Origin: Planctomycetota bacterium
GTDB taxonomy: Bacteria; Planctomycetota; UBA1135; UBA2386
Assembly (NCBI GenBank): GCA_046290465.1
Contig: JBKAGP010000001.1
Location: forward strand, 3,488,001-3,552,000
Length of the DNA: 64,000 bases
Reading direction: 5' to 3'
This document shows positions 40,158-49,519 of the stretch, piece after piece. Position numbers and translations under genes: made by a program. Below the pieces are notes generated by a model that was given only the letters and a program-made list of their open reading frames with translations, did no database searches and was not told the DNA's origin. Position 1 is the first letter of the stretch, and each line of letters starts with the position of its first letter.

Positions 40158-41695
40158 GCGAACAAGTCGATTCCTTCCATGCCCTCGGACTTGTCGACGC
40201 CGAGGATCGGCAGCAGGGTGGTGGCGATGTCACAGAGGCGGCCGCCGCCCTTCATGCTGCGGCCGACCAATGCGTCCGAGCATACGACCAGCGGCACCGG
40301 GTTGGTGGTGTGCGCGGTGTGCACGCCGCCGGATTCGGGATCCAGCATCTGCTCGACGTTGCCGTGATCGGCGGTGATCGCGACGGTGCCGCCGAGCTGG
40401 GTGAACACCGGCACGATCCGCGCCAGGCACCGGTCGATCGTCTGCACCGCGGTGATCGCCGCCGGCACGATGCCGCTGTGGCCGACCATGTCGGCGTTGG
40501 CGAAGTTGAGGATCGTGACGTCGGGACGCTGATCCGACGCCATCGCCTCGAGCAGCTGGTCGGTGACCTCCACCGCGGACATCTCCGGCTGCATGTCGTA
40601 GGTCGCAACCTTCGGACTCGGCACCAGGATGCGCCGTTCGCCGGGCACCTCGGCCTCGTCGCCGCCCGAGAAGAAGAACGTGACGTGCGCGTACTTCTCG
40701 GTCTCGGCGATGCGCAGCTGGCTCAGCCCCGCGTCGCTGACGACCTGCGGCAGCGCGCCCTTCATGCTCTGCGGCGGGAACGCGATCGGGCAGGGGAAGT
40801 CCTCCCGGTAGCGCGTCATCGTCACGAAGTGCACGACCGGGAACGACGCGCGCGCGAAGCCCTCGAACTCGGTGCTGACGAACGCCTCGGTCAACTGCCG
40901 CGCACGGTCGGTGCGGAAGTTGAAGAACACCACCGCGTCGCCGGTGCGCACGCGGCCCTGGTCGGGCGAGCCGATCGCCGTCGGCTTGACGAACTCGTCG
41001 TTCTCGCCGCGCTCGTAGGCCTGCGCGATCGCCGCCTGCGCGGAGTCCGCCTGCAGCCCCTGGCCGAGCGTCAACGCGTCGTAGGCGAGCTGCACGCGCT
41101 CCCAGCGCTTGTCGCGGTCCATCGCGAAGTAGCGCCCGATCACCGAGGCGATCCGGCCGACGCCGAGCTCGGCCATCCAGCCCTCCAGCGTCTCGACGTA
41201 CTTCTGCGCCGAGCGCGGCGGCGTGTCACGGCCGTCGAGGAACGCGTGCACGGCGACGCGATCCCCGCGGAGGCCCTCGGCCTTGGCCATCTCCAGCAGC
41301 GCGCGCAGGTGGCGATCGCTGCTGTGCACCCCGCCGTCCGAGACCAGCCCGAACAGGTGCAGCGTGGCGCCCGAGTCCGCGACGTGCGCGAACGCCGAGC
41401 GCAGCGCCTCGTTGCCTGCGAAGCGGCCTTCCTGGATCTCGCGGTCGATGCGCGTGATCTCCTGGTAGACGACGCGGCCGGCGCCGATGTTGAGGTGGCC
41501 GACCTCGCTGTTGCCCATCAGCCCGCACGGCAGGCCGACGTCCTCGCCGCTGGCCGACAGCAGCGTCGACGGGTAGCGCTGGCGGAGGTCGTTCCAGAAC
41601 TTCGGCTCGGCCTGGTGGATCGCGTTGCCCGGCCCGGACGGCGCTTCGCCGAACCCGTCGAGCACGCACAGCAGCAGCGGCGCGCGTCGGCTCAT
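40154..41695 (-). CDS. gpmI: 2,3-bisphosphoglycerate-independent phosphoglycerate mutase
   Basis: LDGFG, MGNSEVGH, DGGVHS, DGRDT, AETEKYAHVTFFF, NFANADMVGH, TADHGN. Confidence 0.97.
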   Translation of the reverse strand: MSRRAPLLLCVLDGFGEAPSGPGNAIHQAEPKFWNDLRQRYPSTLLSASGEDVGLPCGLMGNSEVGHLNIGAGRVVYQEITRIDREIQEGRFAGNEALRSAFAHVADSGATLHLFGLVSDGGVHSSDRHLRALLEMAKAEGLRGDRVAVHAFLDGRDTPPRSAQKYVETLEGWMAELGVGRIASVIGRYFAMDRDKRWERVQLAYDALTLGQGLQADSAQAAIAQAYERGENDEFVKPTAIGSPDQGRVRTGDAVVFFNFRTDRARQLTEAFVSTEFEGFARASFPVVHFVTMTRYREDFPCPIAFPPQSMKGALPQVVSDAGLSQLRIAETEKYAHVTFFFSGGDEAEVPGERRILVPSPKVATYDMQPEMSAVEVTDQLLEAMASDQRPDVTILNFANADMVGHSGIVPAAITAVQTIDRCLARIVPVFTQLGGTVAITADHGNVEQMLDPESGGVHTAHTTNPVPLVVCSDALVGRSMKGGGRLCDIATTLLPILGVDKSEGMEGIDLFA

Positions 41696-42315
41696 CCCAG
41701 CTTCCTGTCGACGGACACGGCGATGACCTCCTGCTGGCGACGGATCTCGTCGCGAACGGCCGTCGCGCGGGCCATCGTGGTCTCGGCCAGCTCGCGGTTG
41801 GTCAGGTAGCCGGCATTGATGCGCACGTTGAGGAACGCGCCCTCGGCGGCGGCGAGCAGCAGCGCGGCGCCGGACGCGAGGTCGCTGACGATCGCCTTGC
41901 CGATGCAGTCACTGACCTGCTCCATCGCGACGAACACGTCGCGGATCATCGCCTGGGTCTCCTCGGGCACCACCATCGCGCCGACCATCGCCTCCTGGAT
42001 CGCCTTGTCGCGCAGCGTCTTCTGCTCGTCGGTGTCCTTGGGCATGCCGTACGCCGCCGAGACCATGTCGAACGCCTTGCAGTCGCGCTCGGCCATCGGC
42101 ATCAGCCGCTTGAGGTGGTCGCCGAGCAGCGACTCGACGCGCGCGAGATCGTCCTCGCGATCGACGTTGGCCTTCTTGCCCTGCGAGAAGCGGACGGTCA
42201 TCAAGAACAGGGACGTGCCCATGCACCCGGCCATCGCCGCCGCCGCGCCGCCACCGGGCGTCGGCGTCTTCGCGGCCATCGAGTCGACGAGCTCTTGGAA
42301 GGATTGCGTGATCAT
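41692..42315 (-). CDS. Formiminotransferase-cyclodeaminase C-terminal (cyclodeaminase/cyclohydrolase) family protein
   Basis: PTPGGGAAAA, D..AF..V..AY.MPK, SD, GA.LNV.IN. Confidence 0.88.
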   Translation of the reverse strand: MITQSFQELVDSMAAKTPTPGGGAAAAMAGCMGTSLFLMTVRFSQGKKANVDREDDLARVESLLGDHLKRLMPMAERDCKAFDMVSAAYGMPKDTDEQKTLRDKAIQEAMVGAMVVPEETQAMIRDVFVAMEQVSDCIGKAIVSDLASGAALLLAAAEGAFLNVRINAGYLTNRELAETTMARATAVRDEIRRQQEVIAVSVDRKLG

Positions 42316-42405
42316 TTGAGGCAAACAGTGTCGGCAGGCGCGAATCGGAAACAAGGCCGGAGGTGGTTCCTTGCGGTCCCGGCGGGCGATTTGCACAGTG
42401 TCGGC

Positions 42406-42975
42406 ATGCGGCGAACCCGATGCGTCTGGCTGATCCTCCTGGCAGGCTGTGCGAGCCCGGCCGGGCCGTCGCTCGGCGAACTGCTGGCCGACTCCGCGAT
42501 CGGCCAGTCTGCCCGCATCACGATCGAAGGCGACGCGGTGGTCGCGTTCGCCACCCCCGCCGACTTCCGCGCGCTGCCGGCCGAAGCGCGCAAGACCTGT
42601 GACACGGTGGCGCCCGAGGGCACGCTGCTGTTCTGCGGTGTCGAACGCGGACCGCGCGGCGAAGGCTTCCGGGTCGAGAAGCGCTACGACGAGCCGAGCC
42701 CGCACGAACGTTCGCTGCTGGTCGACGAACTGGGCAAGGTGCTCGAACGCAGCCACACGCTGCCGGTGTCGCAGACGCCGCAACACGTATTGGCCACCGC
42801 GCTGCGCTGCGGACCGTTCGTCGAACGCGTCGAGATCGTCTCCGGGCCCGTTCGTGAGGAGTACTGGCGCGTGCTGGTCAAGGACCGCAGCAACCGCCGG
42901 TTCACCGCGACGATCGACCTCGACGGCGACCTGCTGCACCTGCGGCGTCGGACCGCGAGCCGCGTCGACAGCTAG
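42406..42975 (+). CDS. Hypothetical lipoprotein
   Basis: MRRTRCVWLILLAGC lipobox. Confidence 0.65.
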   Translation: MRRTRCVWLILLAGCASPAGPSLGELLADSAIGQSARITIEGDAVVAFATPADFRALPAEARKTCDTVAPEGTLLFCGVERGPRGEGFRVEKRYDEPSPHERSLLVDELGKVLERSHTLPVSQTPQHVLATALRCGPFVERVEIVSGPVREEYWRVLVKDRSNRRFTATIDLDGDLLHLRRRTASRVDS

Positions 42976-43009
42976 GAGCGCGTCCATGTAGTGGACGCGC
43001 TCCTAGCTG
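42969..43009. repeat. Single REP-like palindrome of the same family as the 16393 array
   Basis: CAGCTAGGAGCGCGTCCA-TGTAG-TGGACGCGCTCCTAGCTG, 18-bp perfect arms. Confidence 0.9.
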
Positions 43010-43087
43010 CGTCGACACCGCGCCACGCGCCGACCTTTGGCGGAAACGGGCATCGCCCGCCGGCTGGCGGTGCCCTACGCTGCGAGC

Positions 43088-43435
43088 ATGCGCAACACCA
43101 AGCGAGTCGGCGCCCTGCTCGTGCTCAGCACGCTGCTCGGCTCCTGCGCCGCCGGGCCGCACCAGCTGCGGCGCTCCGTCGACGACTGGGACCACCAGGT
43201 CTACGTCAACAGCCCGTGGCTCAACGCCGCGATGTGGATCGTGCCGGTCTATCCGGTGTGCCACGCCGGCGCGCTGGTGATCGACTTCGCGATCACCGAT
43301 CCGTACTACTTCTGGTTCGACGACGCCTGGGACGGCAACGGCACGGGCTTCCAGCACCTCGACGTCGAGTGGACCGATGGCCACGTCGACAGCCTGCTGT
43401 CCGACCGTTCGGGCTGGACGCGAACGGAGCGGTAA
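43088..43435 (+). CDS. Small lipoprotein, DUF3332-like
   Basis: LLGSC lipobox; W......PVY......D......FW pattern. Confidence 0.65.
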   Translation: MRNTKRVGALLVLSTLLGSCAAGPHQLRRSVDDWDHQVYVNSPWLNAAMWIVPVYPVCHAGALVIDFAITDPYYFWFDDAWDGNGTGFQHLDVEWTDGHVDSLLSDRSGWTRTER

Positions 43436-43439
43436 CGAC

Positions 43440-44654
43440 ATGTCGCCGCGCGTCACGTCGCTGCTGTTGCCGACGGTCGCGCTCGCGCTGGCGGCGCCGA
43501 CCACCGCGCAGTTCCTCAACCGCGCCGTCTGGCTCGGCCTCGACGAGGAGGGCGTGCGCCGCGACTTTGCGCAGGGTCGTGAGTACTACATCGACCGGAT
43601 GTCGTACGTGACGCTGGCGCCGTGGTGGGACCGCGGCCTGCAGCGGTTCGGCAACGAGGTGCGCTACCAGCTCGGCTCGGTCAGCTCGCGCGACTTCACG
43701 ATCGAAGGGCACATCGACCACCGGATCGAGCTCGGTGACGGGTTCTCGTTCCGCTACCACGTGCTGCAGGGCGAGAACCGCGACACGCGCTTCGTGCGCA
43801 ACGCGATCGGGCTCGAGTACGAACTCGACGACACGACGGCGCTGTTCGTGCAGGGCACGCCGTTCGCCGACAAGAGCGCCATCGACGTGTCGGCCGGCGC
43901 CTGGCTGTGGCGACGCGGGGACCAGGCGCTGCGTGTGATGCTGACGTCGGTCGATGCACCGAGCGACAAGAGCCGGACGTTCGAGTTCGAACGGGCGCCC
44001 TACGGGCTGCAGGTCGCGGGCGCGTTCGGCGACGCGGACGGCCACCGGCTGGTGTTCGACGTCGCCGCCCAGCTGCCGTTCGAGCTGCGCGAACTCGACA
44101 GCGGCAACCACTTCGAGATGGAGCGCTACATCGCCAACCTCGAGACCCATCTGCACGTCGACGAGGACGACCGCATCGTCTGCGCGATCGAGGCCGAATA
44201 CGCGGACAAGATGCTGCGCCCGGTCGGTGACGGCGATCCGCTGCGCGAGCACTTCGACCGTGAGTTCCACCAGATCCGATTCGAGTGGTGGCGCGACGGT
44301 CCGCAGCCGTGGTCGATCGGGTTCGCGCACACCTACCTCAGCGAACGCGGCAACCGACCCAACGATCCCGTTAACGACCTGCGCGCGCTGCGCAGCGAGT
44401 GGATGGGGATCGTGCGCTACCAGCTGCCGATCGACGGCCGCCTGTCGTTCGAACCGCAGCTGCTGGCCGGCAACGTGCGCGACCGCTTCTTCGACGGCGA
44501 CGGCCGCCGCGGCAGTTCGCGGTTCGAGGGCAAGATCGCGTGGAACGCACGCTGGGACTTCTCGCCGAACGTCACCCTCGCGCTGATCGTCAGCACCCAG
44601 CTCGACGAACTCGCGTTCGGCGGCGGCGGCGCCCAGTTCGTCGCGCGCTTCTGA
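43440..44654 (+). CDS. Putative outer-membrane beta-barrel protein
   Basis: Signal peptide ...APTTA-Q; alternating beta-strand pattern; C-terminal AQFVARF beta-signal. Confidence 0.7.
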   Translation: MSPRVTSLLLPTVALALAAPTTAQFLNRAVWLGLDEEGVRRDFAQGREYYIDRMSYVTLAPWWDRGLQRFGNEVRYQLGSVSSRDFTIEGHIDHRIELGDGFSFRYHVLQGENRDTRFVRNAIGLEYELDDTTALFVQGTPFADKSAIDVSAGAWLWRRGDQALRVMLTSVDAPSDKSRTFEFERAPYGLQVAGAFGDADGHRLVFDVAAQLPFELRELDSGNHFEMERYIANLETHLHVDEDDRIVCAIEAEYADKMLRPVGDGDPLREHFDREFHQIRFEWWRDGPQPWSIGFAHTYLSERGNRPNDPVNDLRALRSEWMGIVRYQLPIDGRLSFEPQLLAGNVRDRFFDGDGRRGSSRFEGKIAWNARWDFSPNVTLALIVSTQLDELAFGGGGAQFVARF

Positions 44655-44721
44655 CGACCGGGGCCGCGGGCGCTGTCCTGGTCCGTCAGGTCTGCTCCCG
44701 GAACGACCTTACGAACCGACC

Positions 44722-45648
44722 TTACGGACCGAACAGGTTGGCGAGCGCTTCGTCGAGGGTGGGGAAGGCGAAGGGGAAGGCGTCTTCGGCGAGGCGGTGC
44801 GAGGCGCAGTAGCGGCCGAGCGTGGCCAGTTCGGGGTCGGTGCGCAGCAGCAGCGGCGCGCCGATGCGGACCATCCAGCGGGCTGCCGGCAGGCCGAAGG
44901 GCACCCCCATCGCGCGCCGCAGCGACCGCATGAACCGCGCGTTCGAAACCGGGTTCGGCGCGGTCGCGAGGTAGGCACCGCGCATGTCCTGGTCCTCGAT
45001 GGCGCGCACGAACAGCGCGTCCATGTCGCGCTCGTGGATCCAGCTGATGCCCTGCCGACCGTGACCGATGCGGCCGCCGAGGAAGCACCGCGCCAACAAC
45101 GCCAGCCGCGGCAGCGCGCCACCGCTGCGACCGAGCACGAAGCTGGTGCGCAACACGACGCTGCGCATGCCTTCGAGCAGCCCTTCGGTGTGCGCGCGCT
45201 CCCACGCCTGACCGACCATCGGCGCCAGCCCGACCCCGAACGCGCTGCGTTCGTCGCACAGCTGCTCGCTCGGATCGCCGTAGATGTGCGCGGTCGACAT
45301 CTGCACCCACACGGCCGGCGGCGCATCGAGGTCGCGCAGCGCGCGCCCCAGCGCGGTGGTCGACTCGACCCGCGAACGCAGGATCTCGTCCTGGTGCTCC
45401 GGCGTCTTGATGCAATCGACGGTACGGCCGGCGAGGTTGACCAGGGCCGTCGCGCCATCGAGTTCGCGCTTCCAGTCGCCGACCGTGCGACCGTCCCAAC
45501 CGACGAACTCACCGACCGGCTGCACCGGCCGGGTCCTGCCGAGCACGGTGACCCGGTAGCCGCGCCGCAGCAGGTCGGCCGCCAGGTTGGCGCCGAGGAA
45601 GCCGGTGCCGCCGGCGATCACCACCCGACCGTTCGTCGCGCGTTCCAC
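44722..45648 (-). CDS. TIGR01777 family NAD-dependent epimerase/oxidoreductase (YfcH-like)
   Basis: [36 protein letters not shown]. Confidence 0.9.
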   Translation of the reverse strand: MERATNGRVVIAGGTGFLGANLAADLLRRGYRVTVLGRTRPVQPVGEFVGWDGRTVGDWKRELDGATALVNLAGRTVDCIKTPEHQDEILRSRVESTTALGRALRDLDAPPAVWVQMSTAHIYGDPSEQLCDERSAFGVGLAPMVGQAWERAHTEGLLEGMRSVVLRTSFVLGRSGGALPRLALLARCFLGGRIGHGRQGISWIHERDMDALFVRAIEDQDMRGAYLATAPNPVSNARFMRSLRRAMGVPFGLPAARWMVRIGAPLLLRTDPELATLGRYCASHRLAEDAFPFAFPTLDEALANLFGP

Positions 45649-45675
45649 GAACGGACAACGCGACCGCCAGCCCGC

Positions 45676-46323
45676 CTATTTCGTGTGATCGACCAGCTCG
45701 ACCATCGTGTCCCCCAGCAGCTGGCGGACCTCGATGCCCGGATCCGGCGCGAACCAGATCATCTGGGTGCGAGTCAGGAACTTGCCCTGCGCCTCGGGCA
45801 CGCCGAGCCGTAGCGTGCGCGCGATCCGCAGCGCCTCGAACGTGCCCGCCGGCACCTCGATGCGGTCCATCCCCTCGACGTGGTAGCTGGCCAGCATCGG
45901 CAGCGCCTTGCCGTCCCGCACGCGATCGACGAACTCGCACTGCCAGCGCTTGCCGACCCAGAGCGGCCAGTGGTAGCGCACGTCTGCCGGCGTCATCAGC
46001 CGCTGCGGCTCGTCCGCGACCCACTCGCCGAGGTTGCCCAGGTCGAGGTCGCGGCGCAGTTGCCGGTCGTCGCCCATGTCGATCACGTAGGCGCCGTCCT
46101 CGATCGCGACGACCTCGAACGTGCCGCGCAGCTGTTCGCCGCGGACCAGCGAGAAGCGGTCGCCGACCGACCACTGCGGCCGGTCCCAGGTCTGCACGCC
46201 GTCCGGCCGTGGATCCACCTGCAGCACGCCGCGGCCTTCGCCAGCGGGCAGCGTGCCCTCCAGGCCGGAGCACGAGGCCAGCGCCAGCAGGGCGAACGTC
46301 GACGACCAGACGCGGGGGTTCAC
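45676..46323 (-). CDS. Hypothetical lipoprotein
   Basis: LASC lipobox; WPLWVGKRW, IEVPAGTFEA motif. Confidence 0.7.
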   Translation of the reverse strand: MNPRVWSSTFALLALASCSGLEGTLPAGEGRGVLQVDPRPDGVQTWDRPQWSVGDRFSLVRGEQLRGTFEVVAIEDGAYVIDMGDDRQLRRDLDLGNLGEWVADEPQRLMTPADVRYHWPLWVGKRWQCEFVDRVRDGKALPMLASYHVEGMDRIEVPAGTFEALRIARTLRLGVPEAQGKFLTRTQMIWFAPDPGIEVRQLLGDTMVELVDHTK

Positions 46324-47033
46324 GGCAGTTCGATCGGGATCGGTCGGAAGTCGATCGCGTCCACCGACGCGAGGTAGTAGCGGATGCCGTCGGCCTCGCC
46401 CTGGAAGCCGTACTTGTGGTCCTTGCCGTGCAGGTGGCCGTAGACGCAGACCTGCACGCAGGCGTCGCGCAGGATCTGCACCGCGTCGGTCTCACGCCCG
46501 TCGGAGTAGCGCGGCGGGTAGTGCACCAGCGCGATCGTGCGGTCGCCGTCCGGCACGCAGCCGCCGAGCTTGCGGCCCGCCTGGACCGACAGCTTGAGCC
46601 GCTCGAGTTCGCGCGCGAACACGGTGCCGGCCTTGTCGTCGGCCCACGGGGCATCGGGCGGATCCCACAGGCGCGTGCCGATGACCACGGTGCCGTCCGG
46701 CATCTTGATCGCGTTGTTCTGCAGCAGCTGCACCGAGTCGTCGAGCGCGCGCTCGACCTTGGCACGCGACTGCCACCAGGTGCAGTGGTTGCCCTTGATC
46801 AGGATCTTGTGGCCGGGCCGCGCGCACAGCCAGTCGAGGTCCGGCTGCGCCTGGGCGAGGTTGAGCCCCCACGAAGTGTCGCCGCCGACCAGCACCCAGT
46901 CGTCCGGGCCGATCATCTCGTCCCAGGCCTCGCGCATCCGTTCGGCGTGGTTGACCCACTGCTCGCCGAAGATGTCCATCGGCTTGTCGACGCCGAGGCT
47001 CAGGTGCAGGTCACTGATGGCGAACAGTCGCAA
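46320..47033 (-). CDS. Metallophosphoesterase
   Basis: AISDLHL, GDTSW, KGNH, HYPP, YGHLH; TTG start inferred. Confidence 0.88.
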   Translation of the reverse strand: MRLFAISDLHLSLGVDKPMDIFGEQWVNHAERMREAWDEMIGPDDWVLVGGDTSWGLNLAQAQPDLDWLCARPGHKILIKGNHCTWWQSRAKVERALDDSVQLLQNNAIKMPDGTVVIGTRLWDPPDAPWADDKAGTVFARELERLKLSVQAGRKLGGCVPDGDRTIALVHYPPRYSDGRETDAVQILRDACVQVCVYGHLHGKDHKYGFQGEADGIRYYLASVDAIDFRPIPIELP

Positions 47034-47054
47034 GGTGGTCTTCGGTGCGGGGCG

Positions 47055-47110
47055 GATGGCTCGGGCTGATGGCTCGGGCCTGGGAGCTCGGGCTGATCGC
47101 TCGGGCTGGG
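47055..47110. repeat. Four short direct repeats GCTCGGGC with 13-14 bp period
   Basis: Copies at 47059, 47072, 47086 and 47099. Confidence 0.6.
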
Positions 47111-47190
47111 GGCGTCGCAGTGAACGGCCCTTGGCCCGGCTTGGCAAGCGCACCTAGCGTTCTGCGCGGAGAAGTTCCGCCGCGATGCGA

Positions 47191-48375
47191 CTAGACCGGC
47201 GGCAGCTCGTCGACGTTGACGGCGCCGGGCGGCAGCGTCTTCGCCGCGCCGCCGAACCCGAGCGCGTGCAGCGCACGGCCGACGAACTCCTGCAGGCGCT
47301 CGAAGCTGGCCGCGGTGACGACCGCCGGCGTGACCATCTGCAGCGCCGGGCGCAGCAGGCTGCGGGCGGCGAACAGGTGGAACGCGAGCGACCGGTCCTT
47401 CGGCTCCACCGCGTCGCCCATCGCCAGCAGCAGCACGTCGTGCATCTTCCAGCTGTCGGGCTGGCCGCTGACGCCGAGTTCGCTGCGACGCGGGATCGCG
47501 TGGTCCAGCAGCGCCGTCTCCATGACCGACGCCAGCATCACGGTCGCGATCCGGTAGTCCCCGGCCGCGGCCGAGCGTTCGTAGGCGGTCAGGTCCATGC
47601 CGACCAGCGAACGCAGCCGCGGGTCGCGGATCTTGTTGCGGTCGAGCAGGGCCGGGGCGGATTCCGAACCCGCCGTCACCTCGTCCAGCAGTTCGGGCGC
47701 CTCCGGCTCGGGGCCGGGCAGCGGCTGGGTCGCCGCCGGCGAGCCGCTCTGCCAGTCGTCCTGGGAGCCGACCCCGGCCATGTGGTCGCCGAACGACGTG
47801 ATCCCCTGCGCCATGCTCGGCGCGTGCGACGCACCGCCACCTGCAGCGGGGTCGCCACCGAGCGCGCCGGTCCCGGGCGCGACGATCTTCTGCCGCGCGG
47901 CGACGTCGCCGAAGACCTTGTTCTGGATGCGCGTGTTGAGCGCCCGAACGGCCTCCCCCATCACCGGGGCGAGGCGCGGCAGCGGCAGGTCAACGACCGG
48001 CTTCTCGGCCAGCTCGACCGCCCAGTCTCCGAGCACCTGGCGCTTCTTGGTCAGCCACTGCCGTTCGTCCGGCGCCATCGCGCGCTCGACCAGCCGCACG
48101 TCGATCGCCTCGACCGCGCGCCGACAGCTGGCGACCAGCAGGCTGGCATCACCCTCGCTCAGGTCCAGCGCGACGATGTCCTGGTAGCCGCTGGCGCAGC
48201 GCTGCAGGTAATCGCGCAGGCGGCGCACGTCGCCATAGAGCCGCGGCAGCGTGTCCGGCCCCGCGACGCTCTGCTGCGAGAGCTCGAGGCGGTGTGCTCC
48301 GAGCTGCTCGAGCGTCAGCTTCGCCGCTTCGAGGAAGCAGACGGCGACGACCTTCTTGACCTGCAATTCCGGCAT
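47191..48375 (-). CDS. Hypothetical protein with C-terminal HEPN/DUF4145-like domain (degenerate)
   Basis: YRIATVMLASVMETALLD...WKMHDVL...ARSLLRP; alternative start at 48393. Confidence 0.6.
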   Translation of the reverse strand: MPELQVKKVVAVCFLEAAKLTLEQLGAHRLELSQQSVAGPDTLPRLYGDVRRLRDYLQRCASGYQDIVALDLSEGDASLLVASCRRAVEAIDVRLVERAMAPDERQWLTKKRQVLGDWAVELAEKPVVDLPLPRLAPVMGEAVRALNTRIQNKVFGDVAARQKIVAPGTGALGGDPAAGGGASHAPSMAQGITSFGDHMAGVGSQDDWQSGSPAATQPLPGPEPEAPELLDEVTAGSESAPALLDRNKIRDPRLRSLVGMDLTAYERSAAAGDYRIATVMLASVMETALLDHAIPRRSELGVSGQPDSWKMHDVLLLAMGDAVEPKDRSLAFHLFAARSLLRPALQMVTPAVVTAASFERLQEFVGRALHALGFGGAAKTLPPGAVNVDELPPV

Positions 48376-48613
48376 GGGTGGCAACGCAGCCATCGACAGA
48401 AACCCGTACACTCCTTGACCGTTCGTGGTGGCCGCGGCCCGGGTTCGGACACCCGGGCACAAGCAGCCGCTCGGAAATGACTTACAGAAGCCCTCCCCGC
48501 GACGGCGCCGAATCGTCACGGCCGCCTGCAAATCGACAGCCTCCAGGCCCGTAGCGGCCACCTTGCCCCCGTCGAGATCCTGCTCGCAACCCACGCTGCC
48601 CGCCCCTGCCACG

Positions 48614-49519
48614 ATGAGCCGCCTCGTGCCGATCCTCTGCGCCGTTGCCACCGTTGGCATCGGCCTGACCGCATGGTCCCAACTGTCCGCCGGCGACACC
48701 GACCTCGAGATTCCCAAGGGCGCGACGCCCGCGGCCCCGCCGGCCGGGCAGGACGCCGGCGCCGCGCTGCGCAAGGCCCGCCAGCAGTGCTCGCTCGCCG
48801 CGATCGACGCCGTCGTCGCCAAGGTCCGGGGAGACGCCGAGGCGCGCCCCGAGGATGCCGCGACGTGGCGGCTGCTCGCGGAAGCCCACCTCGAACGGGC
48901 CCAGCAGCGCACCCACCTGCGCGGCATCGCGGTCGGCGAGCCGGTGTTCGACAAGCTGCCGGCGGCGCTCGAGGCCGACCTCGAAGCCGGCATGGCCGCG
49001 GTCGCCAGGGCGCGCGAGCACGGCGACGACACGGGCCAGCTGTTCCGCATCGAGGCCGGCCTGATGAGCCAACGCATCACCGGCTGGACCAGCGCGCTGC
49101 AGTGGAACGGCAAGATCGGCCGCGCCCTGAAGGAGGCCGGCGAGCGCGACGCCGACGACCCGAAGCTGCACGTGGCCCTCGGCCTGCGCAAGCTGCTGGC
49201 GCCGAAGCTGTTCGGCCACGACCCGGAGAAGGCGCTCGAGTACTTCGAGTTCGCCGCCGCGCAGGACGACGACGAGCGTCCGGCGGTGTTCGCGGGCATG
49301 GCCAGCTACCTGCAGAAGAAGCGGCAGCAGGCGATCGGCTGGCTCGAGCAGGCCGTCGCGAAGAACCCGTCGAACAGGTTCGCGCGCGTCGTGCTCGAGC
49401 GCCTGCGCCGCGGCGAGGAAGACCCCTTCGGTCGTGACGTGACCGAAGCGGAGTTCGCCGCCCTCGGCGGCAAGTACGGCGGCCGGCCGCCCTATCGGTC
49501 GCGGCGCTCGCGCAGGTAG
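48614..49519 (+). CDS. Exported TPR-repeat protein
   Basis: N-terminal hydrophobic segment; PEDAATWRLLAEA, AIGWLEQAVAKNP. Confidence 0.7.
   Translation: MSRLVPILCAVATVGIGLTAWSQLSAGDTDLEIPKGATPAAPPAGQDAGAALRKARQQCSLAAIDAVVAKVRGDAEARPEDAATWRLLAEAHLERAQQRTHLRGIAVGEPVFDKLPAALEADLEAGMAAVARAREHGDDTGQLFRIEAGLMSQRITGWTSALQWNGKIGRALKEAGERDADDPKLHVALGLRKLLAPKLFGHDPEKALEYFEFAAAQDDDERPAVFAGMASYLQKKRQQAIGWLEQAVAKNPSNRFARVVLERLRRGEEDPFGRDVTEAEFAALGGKYGGRPPYRSRRSRR

Noticed and set aside
28382..42315. Functional link between the TIGR00300 gene and the cyclodeaminase/cyclohydrolase gene
   Set aside because: Unrelated folds and pathways, 12 kb apart and not co-transcribed
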